Assembly (NCBI GenBank): GCA_038065775.1 | Contig: JBBTQE010000019.1 | Span: 1-51,878 of the forward strand | From: Patescibacteria group bacterium | GTDB lineage: Bacteria > Patescibacteriota > Patescibacteriia > Magasanikbacterales > GWA2-37-8 | DNA length: 51,878 nucleotides | Direction: 5' to 3' | Part shown: positions 38,037 to 46,847 of the stretch, piece by piece | Layout of the letters: each line of letters opens with the position of its first letter | Position numbering within the stretch: the stretch's first letter is position 1 | Made by a program: the position numbers and the translations under genes | Notes under the pieces: model-generated | Databases searched by the model: none | The model's input: only the letters and a program-made list of their open reading frames with translations | Told to the model about the DNA's origin: nothing

Positions 38037-39524
38037 CTACTTCTTAAACTCCTCGCAAGCCGACTTTAATTCCGCTTCAATTTTTTCGTCCCACTCGCCT
38101 GCGGAAATTTTATTTAACAGCTGTCTTTTGCCCTTGCGCATAAAATCCGCGAACTTTTTTTCAGCGACCGGAATATCTTTTACCGCAACGCTGTCAAAAA
38201 ACCCATTGTTCGCCGCATAAATAACAGCAACTTGATCTTCAACCGCAACCGGTTGGTACTGTGGCTGTTTCAAAAGCTCTGTAATGCGTTGACCGCGGTC
38301 AATCTGTTTCTTTGTTTCCGGATCCAAATCGCTGGCAAACTGCGCAAACGCTTCCAGTTCTCTAAATTGCGCCATTGCCAATTTCAATTTGCCTGCAACT
38401 TTTTTCATTGGTTTAATTTGAGCGGCTCCGCCAACGCGTGACACAGAAATACCGACATTCAAAGCAGGACGGATGCCCCGGTAGAACAAGTCGGTTTCCA
38501 AAAAAATCTGGCCATCGGTAATGGAAATCACGTTTGTCGGGATGTACGCTGTCACATCGCTTGCCTGTGTTTCGATTATAGGCAAAGCGGTGATAGATCC
38601 GCCCCCGGATTCTTCGTTTCTGCGGCAAGCGCGTTCCAATAATCTTGAATGTAAATAGAAAACATCGCCTGGGTATGCCTCACGGCCAGGTGGTCTGCGG
38701 AGCAAAAGCGAAATCTCGCGGTATGCCCATGCCTGTTTGGACAAATCGTCATAAACGCATAAAACATCTTTGCCCTGATCCATAAAATACTCGGCCATAG
38801 CAACACCGGCGTAAGGGGCGATGTATGCCAACGAGGCCGGTTGTGACGCGCCTGCGACGACAACAATCGTGTAATCCATAGCGCCCGCTTCTTTCAGTTT
38901 GGCGACGATACGCGCAACCTTAGATTCTTTTTGACCAATGGCAACATAAACACAAATCATGTCCTTGCCTTTTTGGTTGATAATAGTATCAATCGCAACC
39001 GCGGTTTTTCCGGTTTGGCGATCGCCGATAATAAGCTCTCGCTGTCCGCGTCCGATTGGAATCATAGCGTCAATCGCTTTAATACCTGTTTGCACCGGTT
39101 GTGTTACCGGCTGACGTTTCATTACGCCCGGAGCAATTTTTTCAATCGGATAAAACCTTGAGGATTTAATATCTTTTCCACCATCAATTGCTTGACCCAG
39201 AGGATTAACAACACGCCCAATCAATTCTTCTCCGACCGGCACAGACAAAATTCTGCCCGTTCTTTTTACAGTATCCCCTTCTTTAATATGTTTATATTCT
39301 CCAAGCAACACGCAACCTACGGTTTCTTCCTCAAGATTTAGCGCCAAACCAAAAGTTCCGCCTTCAAACTCAATCATTTCGCTGGCTTGAATTTTTGTTA
39401 AACCGGAAAGACGCGCGATGCCGTCGCCTACTTCTATAACTTTACCGGTTTCTTCTTTTTCAACTTCTTTTTGAAAAAGAGAAATATTTTTTTTCAATTC
39501 TTCAACAATGGAATTGGTTGACAT
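38037..39524 (-). CDS. atpA: F1 ATP synthase alpha subunit
   Basis: 495 aa with GDRQTGKTA (Walker A) and ITDGQIFLE. Confidence 0.95.
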   Translation of the reverse strand: MSTNSIVEELKKNISLFQKEVEKEETGKVIEVGDGIARLSGLTKIQASEMIEFEGGTFGLALNLEEETVGCVLLGEYKHIKEGDTVKRTGRILSVPVGEELIGRVVNPLGQAIDGGKDIKSSRFYPIEKIAPGVMKRQPVTQPVQTGIKAIDAMIPIGRGQRELIIGDRQTGKTAVAIDTIINQKGKDMICVYVAIGQKESKVARIVAKLKEAGAMDYTIVVVAGASQPASLAYIAPYAGVAMAEYFMDQGKDVLCVYDDLSKQAWAYREISLLLRRPPGREAYPGDVFYLHSRLLERACRRNEESGGGSITALPIIETQASDVTAYIPTNVISITDGQIFLETDLFYRGIRPALNVGISVSRVGGAAQIKPMKKVAGKLKLAMAQFRELEAFAQFASDLDPETKKQIDRGQRITELLKQPQYQPVAVEDQVAVIYAANNGFFDSVAVKDIPVAEKKFADFMRKGKRQLLNKISAGEWDEKIEAELKSACEEFKK

Positions 39525-39530
39525 ATCTAT

Positions 39531-39914
39531 TTAAATTAATTGATTTTTTAATCTTGATAATTGTTTTTTTAAACTCGCGTCGTAAACGATATTATCAACT
39601 TTTATTCTGATTCCGCCAATCAAATTCGGATTCGTTGTTTCTTTTATCTCCGCGTTGTCTCCGAATGTTTTTTTAATTTTGCTTAATGTTATTTTGCTTA
39701 ACTCGCCGGCTGACTCAACTTCAACCTCTTTAATGCCATCCTGATTTTTTGAGTACCTTTCAAATTCATCTATTATATATTCAATTTTCTTTAACTTTCT
39801 ATCTTTTAAAAGCAATGACAAAAATTGTTTCGCGACTTCATCCAAATGATTCTTTGGCGCGTCTTTTGACACCTCATACAACGCTTTTGCGTATTGTTTG
39901 TTGCTTTTTTTCAT
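39531..39914 (-). CDS. atpH: F1 ATP synthase delta (OSCP) subunit, short form
   Basis: 127 aa. The call rests on its position between atpF and atpA, the YAKALYEV N-terminus and the LIGGIRIKVDNIVYDASL C-terminus. It is shorter than typical delta subunits. Confidence 0.7.
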   Translation of the reverse strand: MKKSNKQYAKALYEVSKDAPKNHLDEVAKQFLSLLLKDRKLKKIEYIIDEFERYSKNQDGIKEVEVESAGELSKITLSKIKKTFGDNAEIKETTNPNLIGGIRIKVDNIVYDASLKKQLSRLKNQLI

Positions 39915-39919
39915 ACCAA

Positions 39920-40504
39920 TTAGATCTTCATGCTTTCTACCGCTTCTTCAATAATTTTTTTATCTTTTGTTGAATCCAATTTGCTGGAAAGAATTTTTTC
40001 CGTGGCCATGACTACTAAATTCGCGGCCTGCTCCCTTACTTCGTTAATTGATTCATCGCGTTCGGCTTTGATATTTTTTCTTGCCTGCTCCACAAGCAAT
40101 TCTATGTCTTCCTTGGCTTTCACCTTCATATCATCGCCCAATTTTACGGCTTCCTGTTGGGCTTTCTCAGTTATTTTATTCGCTTCAACTTTTGCGTCAT
40201 CAACCCTTTCTTGAAATTTTCTTTCACTCATCATTAAATTTGTTTCAACTTTTCTGGAATTTTCAATACTGGCATCAATCATTTTTTGCCTTTCGGCCAT
40301 CTTTTTTGTAAGCGGTTTAAGAATTAAAAACCATAAAATCAAAGCAACCGCGATAAAATTGATTAACTGAAAAATAAATAGTGTGCCGTTAATGCCGAGG
40401 GAGGCCAGCACTCCGCCATCAGCTGCGGCTTCGGTGGCATGCCCTGCGCCCTCTACGGCTTTTTTAATAGGTTCTGACGCGTATACAGTTTCAATAAAAT
40501 TCAT
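39920..40504 (-). CDS. atpF: Fo ATP synthase b subunit
   Basis: 194 aa. A single TM helix (LFIFQLINFIAVALILWFLIL) is followed by a long charged helix. Confidence 0.8.
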   Translation of the reverse strand: MNFIETVYASEPIKKAVEGAGHATEAAADGGVLASLGINGTLFIFQLINFIAVALILWFLILKPLTKKMAERQKMIDASIENSRKVETNLMMSERKFQERVDDAKVEANKITEKAQQEAVKLGDDMKVKAKEDIELLVEQARKNIKAERDESINEVREQAANLVVMATEKILSSKLDSTKDKKIIEEAVESMKI

Positions 40505-40515
40505 ATATTTTATTT

Positions 40516-40598
40516 TGTCATTCTGAGTGAAACGAAGAATCTCTCTCTACTGGTTCTGATAATACAGACAGATATCCTTCATTACATTCAGGATGACA
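40516..40598. repeat. palindromic element (atpF|atpE intergenic)
   Basis: tgtcattctgagtgaaacgaagaatctctctc-tactggttctgataataca-gacagatatccttcattacattcaggatgaca. Confidence 0.85.
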
Positions 40599-40647
40599 TT
40601 TTAAATAAGTCAATTCCATTGGGCTCTTATGAACCCAATGAGTTGAA

Positions 40648-40869
40648 TTACTTCAATGTGAAAACAACGACCAACGCATAAATAGCGATGGCTTCGGCAA
40701 ACGCGGCGCCGAGCAACATCGGAACGAATAATTTGTCCGATGCCTCCGGGTTGCGACCGATGGCTTGCATGGCTTTGGCAACAAGATTGCCGATAGCCAA
40801 GGCAGGCCCAAAGCCGCCGATGGCCATTGTCAAACCCTTTACCAACGCGACCACTGATTCGTGCTCCAT
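40648..40869 (-). CDS. atpE: Fo ATP synthase c subunit
   Basis: 73 aa forming a two-helix hairpin, with the polar loop GRNPE and the conserved carboxylate in AFAEAIAIYALVV. Confidence 0.9.
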   Translation of the reverse strand: MEHESVVALVKGLTMAIGGFGPALAIGNLVAKAMQAIGRNPEASDKLFVPMLLGAAFAEAIAIYALVVVFTLK

Positions 40870-40956
40870 ACGATTTTTACCTTTCAGACACCATCCGTTC
40901 GAGGGAATAATATATTTAACCTCGCAAATGGCATCTTTAAAAATTAATCGACCTAA

Positions 40957-41778
40957 TTAATGTGTTAAAGTCGGCTCTGCGCGCGTTTTATGGCTGTCTT
41001 TTTCTTCGTGGCCATGCGGCGCCGTGGACATTATGGTTAAATAAACCAATGTTAACATTGTAAACACGCTGGCCTGAATCAATCCAACCAAAACCTCCAG
41101 CATCATAAACGGCGCAGGCACCAAAAGCGCGGCGATACTGCTGATTACGGAAATTAAAACTTCGCCGGCAAAAATATTTCCAAACAACCTAAGCGAAAGA
41201 GACAAGATTTTTGCAATTTCGCTGATGATTTCTATGAGTCCTACGGCCAATTCAACTACGGCGGTAAAAATCGCAACCGGACCTTTTGTTAAACTTTTAA
41301 AAAACGTCCCGATTTGAATAAATTTGTTTAGATGAGTAAACACGCCTACGGTTATAAAACCAAAAACATGGGACGAGAGCACGGCAACGACCGCCATTGC
41401 CGCCGTAAGGTTTAAATCGGTGTTGGCGGGGCGAAGCAACATGCTCTGGCCAAGCTTAATACTTCCGGTTCCCGGCAATAGGCCGAGCCAGTTGGAGAGT
41501 AAAATAAAAAAGAAGACGGATCCGACAATCGGCAAAAAGCGCATTGTCTTTTTTCTGTCTCCGGTCACTCTGTCAAAATATCCAAGAAGTTTTTCTAAAA
41601 AAAATTCCATGAAGTTTTGCATTTTTCCGGGTTTGACGCTCAATCTCTTGCGGATAGTCAACCCTAGCACTAGGAAAATAATAATCGCCAGCCACGTATT
41701 AATAATAGTATTGGTAATTGGCAGTTTTCCAATATGAAATAGGGTTTCTGGCGCTAATGTTGGTATGTGAAATTCCAT
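40957..41778 (-). CDS. atpB: Fo ATP synthase a subunit
   Basis: It contains LSLRLFGNIFAGE with the essential Arg. The start is taken at MEFHIPTLAPE (41778). The longer track start at 41793 (MTQKT) lies inside repeat copy 41788-41852. Confidence 0.85.
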   Translation of the reverse strand: MEFHIPTLAPETLFHIGKLPITNTIINTWLAIIIFLVLGLTIRKRLSVKPGKMQNFMEFFLEKLLGYFDRVTGDRKKTMRFLPIVGSVFFFILLSNWLGLLPGTGSIKLGQSMLLRPANTDLNLTAAMAVVAVLSSHVFGFITVGVFTHLNKFIQIGTFFKSLTKGPVAIFTAVVELAVGLIEIISEIAKILSLSLRLFGNIFAGEVLISVISSIAALLVPAPFMMLEVLVGLIQASVFTMLTLVYLTIMSTAPHGHEEKDSHKTRAEPTLTH

Positions 41779-41787
41779 AGTTTTCTG

Positions 41788-41852
41788 TGTCATCCCGAAC
41801 TTGTTTCGGGATCTACTGTAATTTCAGATGCTGAAACAAGTTCAGCATGACA
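41788..41852. repeat. palindromic element, short variant (atpB|atpI-like intergenic)
   Basis: tgtcatcccgaacttgtttcgggatct-actgtaatttc-agatgctgaaacaagttcagcatgaca. Confidence 0.85.
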
Positions 41853-41860
41853 ATTAAATT

Positions 41861-42118
41861 TTACTTACCCAACTTCTTATACTCTTCTCCGTAATTTTTT
41901 GCTTTTTTGTGGATTATTTTTACAGAAATAAGCGCGGCAAGAACAAATCCTAAAATCGTGAATAGCGGACCGCGGCGATATTTTTCATCCAAATATTGGC
42001 CGGCCAGCACAAACAAAATTACCGGAATTGCGATTGATGCGCCAAAATCCCCCATTATCTTGAATGCAAACAAGTAATATTCTCTACTCTTTGATTTTTG
42101 CGGGATTTTTTCATCCAT
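41861..42118 (-). CDS. AtpZ/AtpI-like small membrane protein (first gene of the atp operon)
   Basis: The start is taken at MDEKIPQK (42118), because the longer ORF would cover the promoter. The product has two TM helices (FGASIAIPVILFVLAGQYLD..., LFTILGFVLAALISV), as in the ATPase_gene1 family. Confidence 0.6.
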   Translation of the reverse strand: MDEKIPQKSKSREYYLFAFKIMGDFGASIAIPVILFVLAGQYLDEKYRRGPLFTILGFVLAALISVKIIHKKAKNYGEEYKKLGK

Positions 42119-42143
42119 ATTACAATCATTAAACGACGCCAAT

Positions 42144-42172
42144 ATTTTACAAAAAAAACCCGGTAAAGTCAA
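42144..42172 (-). promoter_or_regulatory. sigma-70-type promoter of the atp operon
   Basis: On the minus strand: TTGACT (42172-42167), a 17-nt spacer, then TAAAAT (42149-42144), about 25 nt upstream of the atpI-like ATG. Confidence 0.6.
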
Positions 42173-42217
42173 GGCTTTTTTAAATTCACTATAATTGAAT
42201 ACCGAAATATCTGAATA

Positions 42218-43138
42218 TTAAGATATTTTGAACAATTTCTTCGCATTTTCTGTTGTTTTGTTTAAGACCGCTTCTTCGGGAACGCCTTTTATCTCCGCAA
42301 TCTTTTTCGCCACTTCTTCCACCATCCATGGCTCGCAACGCTGGCCTCGATAGGCCTGCGGAGCCAAATATGGCGCGTCTGTTTCCACCAACATCCGCTC
42401 AAGCGGACACTTTTCAACAACTTCAAGCAAGTCCAATTGTGTTTGCGGATCGGTTTTTTTGGGCGGGAATGTGATAACGCCGGTAAAACCAAGATATAAT
42501 CCCAAATCCAAATACTGCTCGGCAATTTCCCAATTACTTGTATAGCAGTGAATAACGCCGCGGATGGTAGATTTTGTCATCCCGAACGCATGTGAAGGAT
42601 TTCTGTCGGTTGTATTTTTGGACAGAGATTCCTCGTCGCTTTGCTCGCTCGGAATGACAAGATACCGCAACAACCCAATCATTTCTTCATGCGCTTCTCT
42701 AACGTGTATGACTAATGGCAAGCCAAGTTCTTTGGCTAAATTATACTGGGCTAGGAATATCTCCTTTTGTTTTTTCAAAACTTCCTCCCCGCCAACTCCT
42801 TTCGGCAGATGAAAAAAATCCAACCCACACTCCCCTATCGCGATTACTTTTTTATTCTTCGCCAGCTTTTTGTAATATTCATAATCAAATTCTTCTTCGC
42901 GCGACTCAAACTTTGCTTCCGCTTCGTCAACGCGCGATTTAAAAAGATGGATCGGATGCAATCCGACCGTGGCATAAATATTATCGTATTTTCCCGCGTA
43001 TTCTACCGCCCGGGCGCTCGTGTCTCTTTGCGATCCGACCGCGTTCAAGATTACATTTTTTTCAACGCAACGTTTAATTACTTCGTCCGCGTCGTCTTTA
43101 TACGCGCTAAATTGTATATGGCAGTGGGTGTCTAACAT
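42218..43138 (-). CDS. TatD-family metal-dependent hydrolase carrying an in-frame palindromic-element insertion
   Basis: 306 aa with MLDTHCHIQF, IGECGLDF, LVIHVREA, VIHCYTS and ETDAPYL. About 29 extra residues (VIPSEQSDEESLSKNTTDRNPSHAFGMTK) lie between the HVREA and HCYT strands and are encoded by repeat copy 42575-42659. Confidence 0.85.
   Translation of the reverse strand: MLDTHCHIQFSAYKDDADEVIKRCVEKNVILNAVGSQRDTSARAVEYAGKYDNIYATVGLHPIHLFKSRVDEAEAKFESREEEFDYEYYKKLAKNKKVIAIGECGLDFFHLPKGVGGEEVLKKQKEIFLAQYNLAKELGLPLVIHVREAHEEMIGLLRYLVIPSEQSDEESLSKNTTDRNPSHAFGMTKSTIRGVIHCYTSNWEIAEQYLDLGLYLGFTGVITFPPKKTDPQTQLDLLEVVEKCPLERMLVETDAPYLAPQAYRGQRCEPWMVEEVAKKIAEIKGVPEEAVLNKTTENAKKLFKIS
42575..42659. 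repeat. palindromic element inside the tatD CDS
   Basis: tgtcatcccgaacgcatgtgaaggatttctgtcgg-ttgtattttt-ggacagagattcctcgtcgctttgctcgctcggaatgaca. Confidence 0.9.
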
Positions 43139-43141
43139 ATC

Positions 43142-43666
43142 TTATATTATCCCGTCCACCGTGCTTCGCAACATTTTCAGCGCTTCGGGAAACAACGGCA
43201 CTAAAATGGAAGCTAGCTTAACCAGCGGCGGAGCGAACTGCGACTCGCCCAAAGCATTCATAAAAAATGAACCGAGCGGAAATCTGGAAATAAAATACAA
43301 GGAAATTCCGACTACCAAAGCGCCTTCAAAAATACCAAAAATAAGACCGGCTATTTTATCAAGACCTCGTATAAATGGAAGCTTGGTAAAAATGCTTAAA
43401 ACTTTTTGCATAATCCAAAACACAAATCCGACAAGCCGCGCGATTATTAAAAAAACAATTACAAAAATTACTACTTTAACGTGATTTTGATTCCAACTCG
43501 TAAAATTTATAACCCAATTGGCGATCGGCTCGTAATATCTGCTTGCCAAATAAACACCAAACACCGTGCCGAGCAAAGAGCCAACTGTATGCAATAGGCC
43601 AAACCATAATCCAAATAACCCAAAGCCGCTTATGATTATAATTAAAACTATATCAAATATAGACAT
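43142..43666 (-). CDS. CvpA-family membrane protein
   Basis: The start is taken at MSIFDIVLIIIISGFGLFGLWFGLL. It has four TM helices and a GLIFGIFEGALVVG motif. Confidence 0.7.
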   Translation of the reverse strand: MSIFDIVLIIIISGFGLFGLWFGLLHTVGSLLGTVFGVYLASRYYEPIANWVINFTSWNQNHVKVVIFVIVFLIIARLVGFVFWIMQKVLSIFTKLPFIRGLDKIAGLIFGIFEGALVVGISLYFISRFPLGSFFMNALGESQFAPPLVKLASILVPLFPEALKMLRSTVDGII

Positions 43667-43690
43667 AATAAAATTATTTAAATACAACTA

Positions 43691-43738
43691 GATTGCTTCG
43701 CGGAATTTATCCCGCGCAGAGGCGGGGCTCGCAATGAC
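43691..43738. repeat. half or degenerate copy of the palindromic element (single arm)
   Basis: Read on the minus strand it is tgtcATTGCgagccccgcctctgcgcgggataaattccgcgaaGCAATct. This keeps the TGTC terminus and the ATNNC...GNNAT arm hairpin, but there is no second arm. Confidence 0.5.
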
Positions 43739-43739
43739 A

Positions 43740-45269
43740 TTACAATAATCGCGGAAAAAGTTGCCCTTCTTTGTTAATTTTATTACCAACCGTTAGCTGA
43801 ACCCAATTTTGAAGTTCTGACAACGGTTTGGCTAATTCTTTGGACACATCCAAGCCGAGCTGAACAAATATTTTTTCAGATGTCTCCGGTATCACCGGCC
43901 AAATCATCACCGCAATGTGCCTCAAACCCTCGGCCAAATGATGCAACATGTCGCAAACCTCCGCGTTTTTTCCTTCCTTAACCATAACCCACGGCTGTTT
44001 ATCTGAAATCATCTGATCGCAATAAGACACAAACTTCCACGCGCTTTCCAACGCGCGATCAAAACGCCAAATCAACATCATTTCATTATATTCATCACTT
44101 GTCTTTTTCGCGAAATCAATTATTTCTTTATTCACCTCAACTGTTTTGGGTACAACTCCTTCGCAATACTTTTCAATCATTGTCAAAATTCTATTGGAAA
44201 GATTTCCAATGCCATTTGCCAAATCCGCGTTATATCTTTCCAAAAATTTTGCATTGGAAAAATCGCCATCATTATCAAAAGCTATTTCGCGCATCAAAAA
44301 GTATCTAACCGCATCCAAATTATACTTATCCGTGAGTTCAAGCGGATTGATGACATTGCCGATCGTCTTGCTCATTTTTTGTCCATCAACCGTCATCCAA
44401 CCGTGAACAGCGATTTGTTTCGGCAGATCAACTCCGGCGGACATCAGCATCGCTGGCCATAACAAAGAATGGAAGCGGTTAATTTCTTTTCCTATCACAT
44501 GCGCGTCAGCCGGCCAATATTGCTTAAAAAGTTTATCTTTTTTGGTCCCCCAGCCGAGCGCGGTAATATAATTTGTCAGCGCGTCAAACCAAACATACAT
44601 CACTTGCGTATCGTCGTCTGGAACCGGAATGCCCCATGGCAACTTTTCTTTGTTTCTGGAGACACTCACATCTTCCAGTCCTTCTTTTAAAATATTTTTC
44701 ATTTCCTTAAAACGATGCGCCGGATAAACAAACCCGGGATTTTGTTCAAAGAAAAATTGCAACGGCTCTTGATATTTTGACAAGCGGAAAAAATAATTTT
44801 CTTCGGATAAAATTTCCGGCGCCTTGTTGTGATCCGGGCATTTGCCACTAACGAGATCCTTTTCTGTTTTAAACGCTTCACAACCGACGCAATACAATCC
44901 TGAATAACTTTTTTTATAAATGTCGCCTGTCTCAAGCGACCGGCGCCAAAATTCCTGCGCGGATTTTATATGGCGCTCTTCGGTTGTGCGAACAAAATCG
45001 TCATTGATAACATTCCACTCATCGGCAAGCATCTGATAAACCGCTGATTTTTCTTTGGCAAAATCTTCAACGGATTGTCCGGCTTCTTTCGCTGTCTTTA
45101 ACATTTTTTGCCCGTGCTCGTCCGTGCCGGTTAAAAAATACACGTCTTTGCCAATCAATTTCTGATAGCGCGCCATTACATCCGCGTACAACAACTCCAA
45201 GGCAAACCCGATATGCGGATCCGCGTTGGCGTATGGAATGGCGGTGGTGAGATAGTATTTATTTTTCAT
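43740..45269 (-). CDS. metG: methionine--tRNA ligase
   Basis: The start is taken at MKNKYYLTTAIPYANADPHIGF, which carries the HIGH motif. KMSKTIGN provides KMSKS. There is a CxxC knuckle (CVGCEAF...CPDH). Confidence 0.9.
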   Translation of the reverse strand: MKNKYYLTTAIPYANADPHIGFALELLYADVMARYQKLIGKDVYFLTGTDEHGQKMLKTAKEAGQSVEDFAKEKSAVYQMLADEWNVINDDFVRTTEERHIKSAQEFWRRSLETGDIYKKSYSGLYCVGCEAFKTEKDLVSGKCPDHNKAPEILSEENYFFRLSKYQEPLQFFFEQNPGFVYPAHRFKEMKNILKEGLEDVSVSRNKEKLPWGIPVPDDDTQVMYVWFDALTNYITALGWGTKKDKLFKQYWPADAHVIGKEINRFHSLLWPAMLMSAGVDLPKQIAVHGWMTVDGQKMSKTIGNVINPLELTDKYNLDAVRYFLMREIAFDNDGDFSNAKFLERYNADLANGIGNLSNRILTMIEKYCEGVVPKTVEVNKEIIDFAKKTSDEYNEMMLIWRFDRALESAWKFVSYCDQMISDKQPWVMVKEGKNAEVCDMLHHLAEGLRHIAVMIWPVIPETSEKIFVQLGLDVSKELAKPLSELQNWVQLTVGNKINKEGQLFPRLL

Positions 45270-45471
45270 AACTTTGATAATTAACCGTCTGTTTTTTTTC
45301 AAACCAACCCAGGATGATGCTACCAATTAATAATGCGAAAATAAAAAATATAATATTAACGACAAAAGACGGCTTAATTCCAAAAATTTTCTCATACCCT
45401 AAATAAAACCCGGCATAAAATAAACCGCAGACAATCTCATACTTGAGCCAGTCGATAATATCCAGTATCAT
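45259..45471 (-). CDS. possible small two-TM membrane protein
   Basis: 70 aa and hydrophobic. It overlaps the rsmI stop by 4 nt and the metG start by 11 nt. Support comes from operon packing only. Confidence 0.35.
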   Translation of the reverse strand: MILDIIDWLKYEIVCGLFYAGFYLGYEKIFGIKPSFVVNIIFFIFALLIGSIILGWFEKKQTVNYQSYEK

Positions 45472-46139
45472 AAACCATTGATCACAATTACAAACTCCCC
45501 TCTTTCTTCTTTCATTTGTTCAATAATCTTATCAATGCATCCCCTGTAAATGGTTTCAAATTTTTTTGTGAGCTCTCGACAGACCATGAGTTGCTTGTCC
45601 GGGCTTAAAACTTCTTTCAATTCTTGCAGACATTTATTTATTCTATGGCCGGATTCATAAAACACAACTGTGTATTCCGCGCCGGCAACTTCTTTAAAAT
45701 ATTTTTGGCGCTTATTTTTATGCGGAGGGAAGCCCATGAACACAAACTTGTCTGTGGGAAATCCGGAAATTGATAGAGCGGAAATCGCGGCCGAAGGACC
45801 TGGAATCGGAACAACCTGCGCTTCGGGTAAACTTTTATAAATTTGATTAATCAGCACTCCTCCCGGGTCACTTATTCCCGGTGTCCCCGCATCAGTGACT
45901 AGTGCTAAATTTTTGCCTTCTTCCAACATCGCAATAATTTCTTTAATTTTTTTCATTTCAGAGTGCTGGTGGTAGCTCATGAGCGGTTTGCTAATCTGAT
46001 AATGATCCAACAAATTTTTCGTTACTCGCGTGTCCTCGCATAAAATAAAATCAACATTTTTCAATGTTTCCAGCGCGCGCAAAGTGATGTCGCTTAAATT
46101 CCCGATGGGCGTGGCAACAACAAATAATTGTCCAATCAT
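45468..46139 (-). CDS. rsmI: 16S rRNA (cytidine1402-2'-O)-methyltransferase
   Basis: 223 aa with LFVVATPIGNLSDITLRALETLKNVDFILCEDTR and DAGTPGISDPG. Confidence 0.85.
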   Translation of the reverse strand: MIGQLFVVATPIGNLSDITLRALETLKNVDFILCEDTRVTKNLLDHYQISKPLMSYHQHSEMKKIKEIIAMLEEGKNLALVTDAGTPGISDPGGVLINQIYKSLPEAQVVPIPGPSAAISALSISGFPTDKFVFMGFPPHKNKRQKYFKEVAGAEYTVVFYESGHRINKCLQELKEVLSPDKQLMVCRELTKKFETIYRGCIDKIIEQMKEERGEFVIVINGL

Positions 46140-46177
46140 AACCCATCTATATTATCAAAATATTCCAAGAAAAGCAA

Positions 46178-46648
46178 TTATTTGACAGCTGTTTTAATTT
46201 TGATTTTTTCAGCTTGAATTTGAACGCTTGGGCGTCGGATTAGGCTGATCTTAGAGACCAACAAACCGATCGCGAAAAACACTGCGCCAAGCATTCCCAT
46301 AAACTGATCCTTGATAACATCTGCGACATTCGGCTGAGAATGGGTAAAAAGATACACATCAGACAAATATTCGTAAAATTCCCAAACAACGGCGGCAGTC
46401 ATCACAAAAAAAACAATGAGCGCGGCGTCAATGAGAATGCGATTAATTTTCAAATAACCAGCTCTTTTTGCCAAATTCAAAATATAATAACCGCTTATTG
46501 CCATGCCCAATCCTCCTAAAAAATGAGCAAACCGATTCAGCCACAAATAAAAATCGTACACATTGAAAATGGCTAAAGTATAGCTAAATATAAATACAAT
46601 GAATGGGAAAATAACTATTTTAATCAAATCTTCAATTTCAAATTTCAT
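46178..46648 (-). CDS. integral membrane protein, unknown function
   Basis: The start is taken at MKFEIEDLIK (46648), just after the ferredoxin stop. It has about four TM helices. Confidence 0.5.
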   Translation of the reverse strand: MKFEIEDLIKIVIFPFIVFIFSYTLAIFNVYDFYLWLNRFAHFLGGLGMAISGYYILNLAKRAGYLKINRILIDAALIVFFVMTAAVVWEFYEYLSDVYLFTHSQPNVADVIKDQFMGMLGAVFFAIGLLVSKISLIRRPSVQIQAEKIKIKTAVK

Positions 46649-46650
46649 AA

Positions 46651-46836
46651 TTACTCCTCTACAATTATGGCCTGCGTTGGGCAAGCATCGGCCGCCATTT
46701 TAATATTTTCAATAGTATCGCCGGCCAAATCAATTATCACGGCTTTATTTCCCTCGTTCATTTTAAAAACATTTGGACACAATGCGGGGCAAGTGCCGCA
46801 ACCAATGCATTTCTCCGCATCTACTGTTATTTTCAT
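46651..46836 (-). CDS. small single-cluster ferredoxin
   Basis: 61 aa with CIGCGTCPALCP plus a distal CP. Confidence 0.8.
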   Translation of the reverse strand: MKITVDAEKCIGCGTCPALCPNVFKMNEGNKAVIIDLAGDTIENIKMAADACPTQAIIVEE

Positions 46837-46847
46837 AACCCACTTGA

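Noticed and set aside
40616-40640. Hairpin CCATTGGG...CCCAATG just downstream of atpE as an internal terminator
   Set aside because: The stem is only 7-8 bp and is not followed by a T-run on the transcribed strand. It might stabilise the atpE message, but I cannot support a terminator call.
40870-40956. Possible degenerate palindromic element in the atpB|atpE gap
   Set aside because: I looked for TGTCAT/ATGACA termini and the ATNCC...GGNAT arms, and neither is present. This is ordinary AT-rich spacer carrying the atpE ribosome-binding region.
41779-41793. Five-codon N-terminal extension of atpB (MTQKT)
   Set aside because: The upstream ATG is part of the TGTCAT terminus of repeat copy 41788-41852. 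The MEFHIPTL start at 41778 gives a normal a-subunit N-terminus.
43020-43484. 154-aa plus-strand ORF spanning the tatD/cvpA junction
   Set aside because: It is antisense to two well-supported minus-strand genes and has no motifs, so it is a shadow ORF.
36890-43738. Could the recurring ~80-bp repeats be a CRISPR array?
   Set aside because: The copies are separated by whole genes at irregular spacing of about 1-2.5 kb. They differ in length and internal sequence, and each is a composite palindrome rather than a direct repeat. No cas genes are present.
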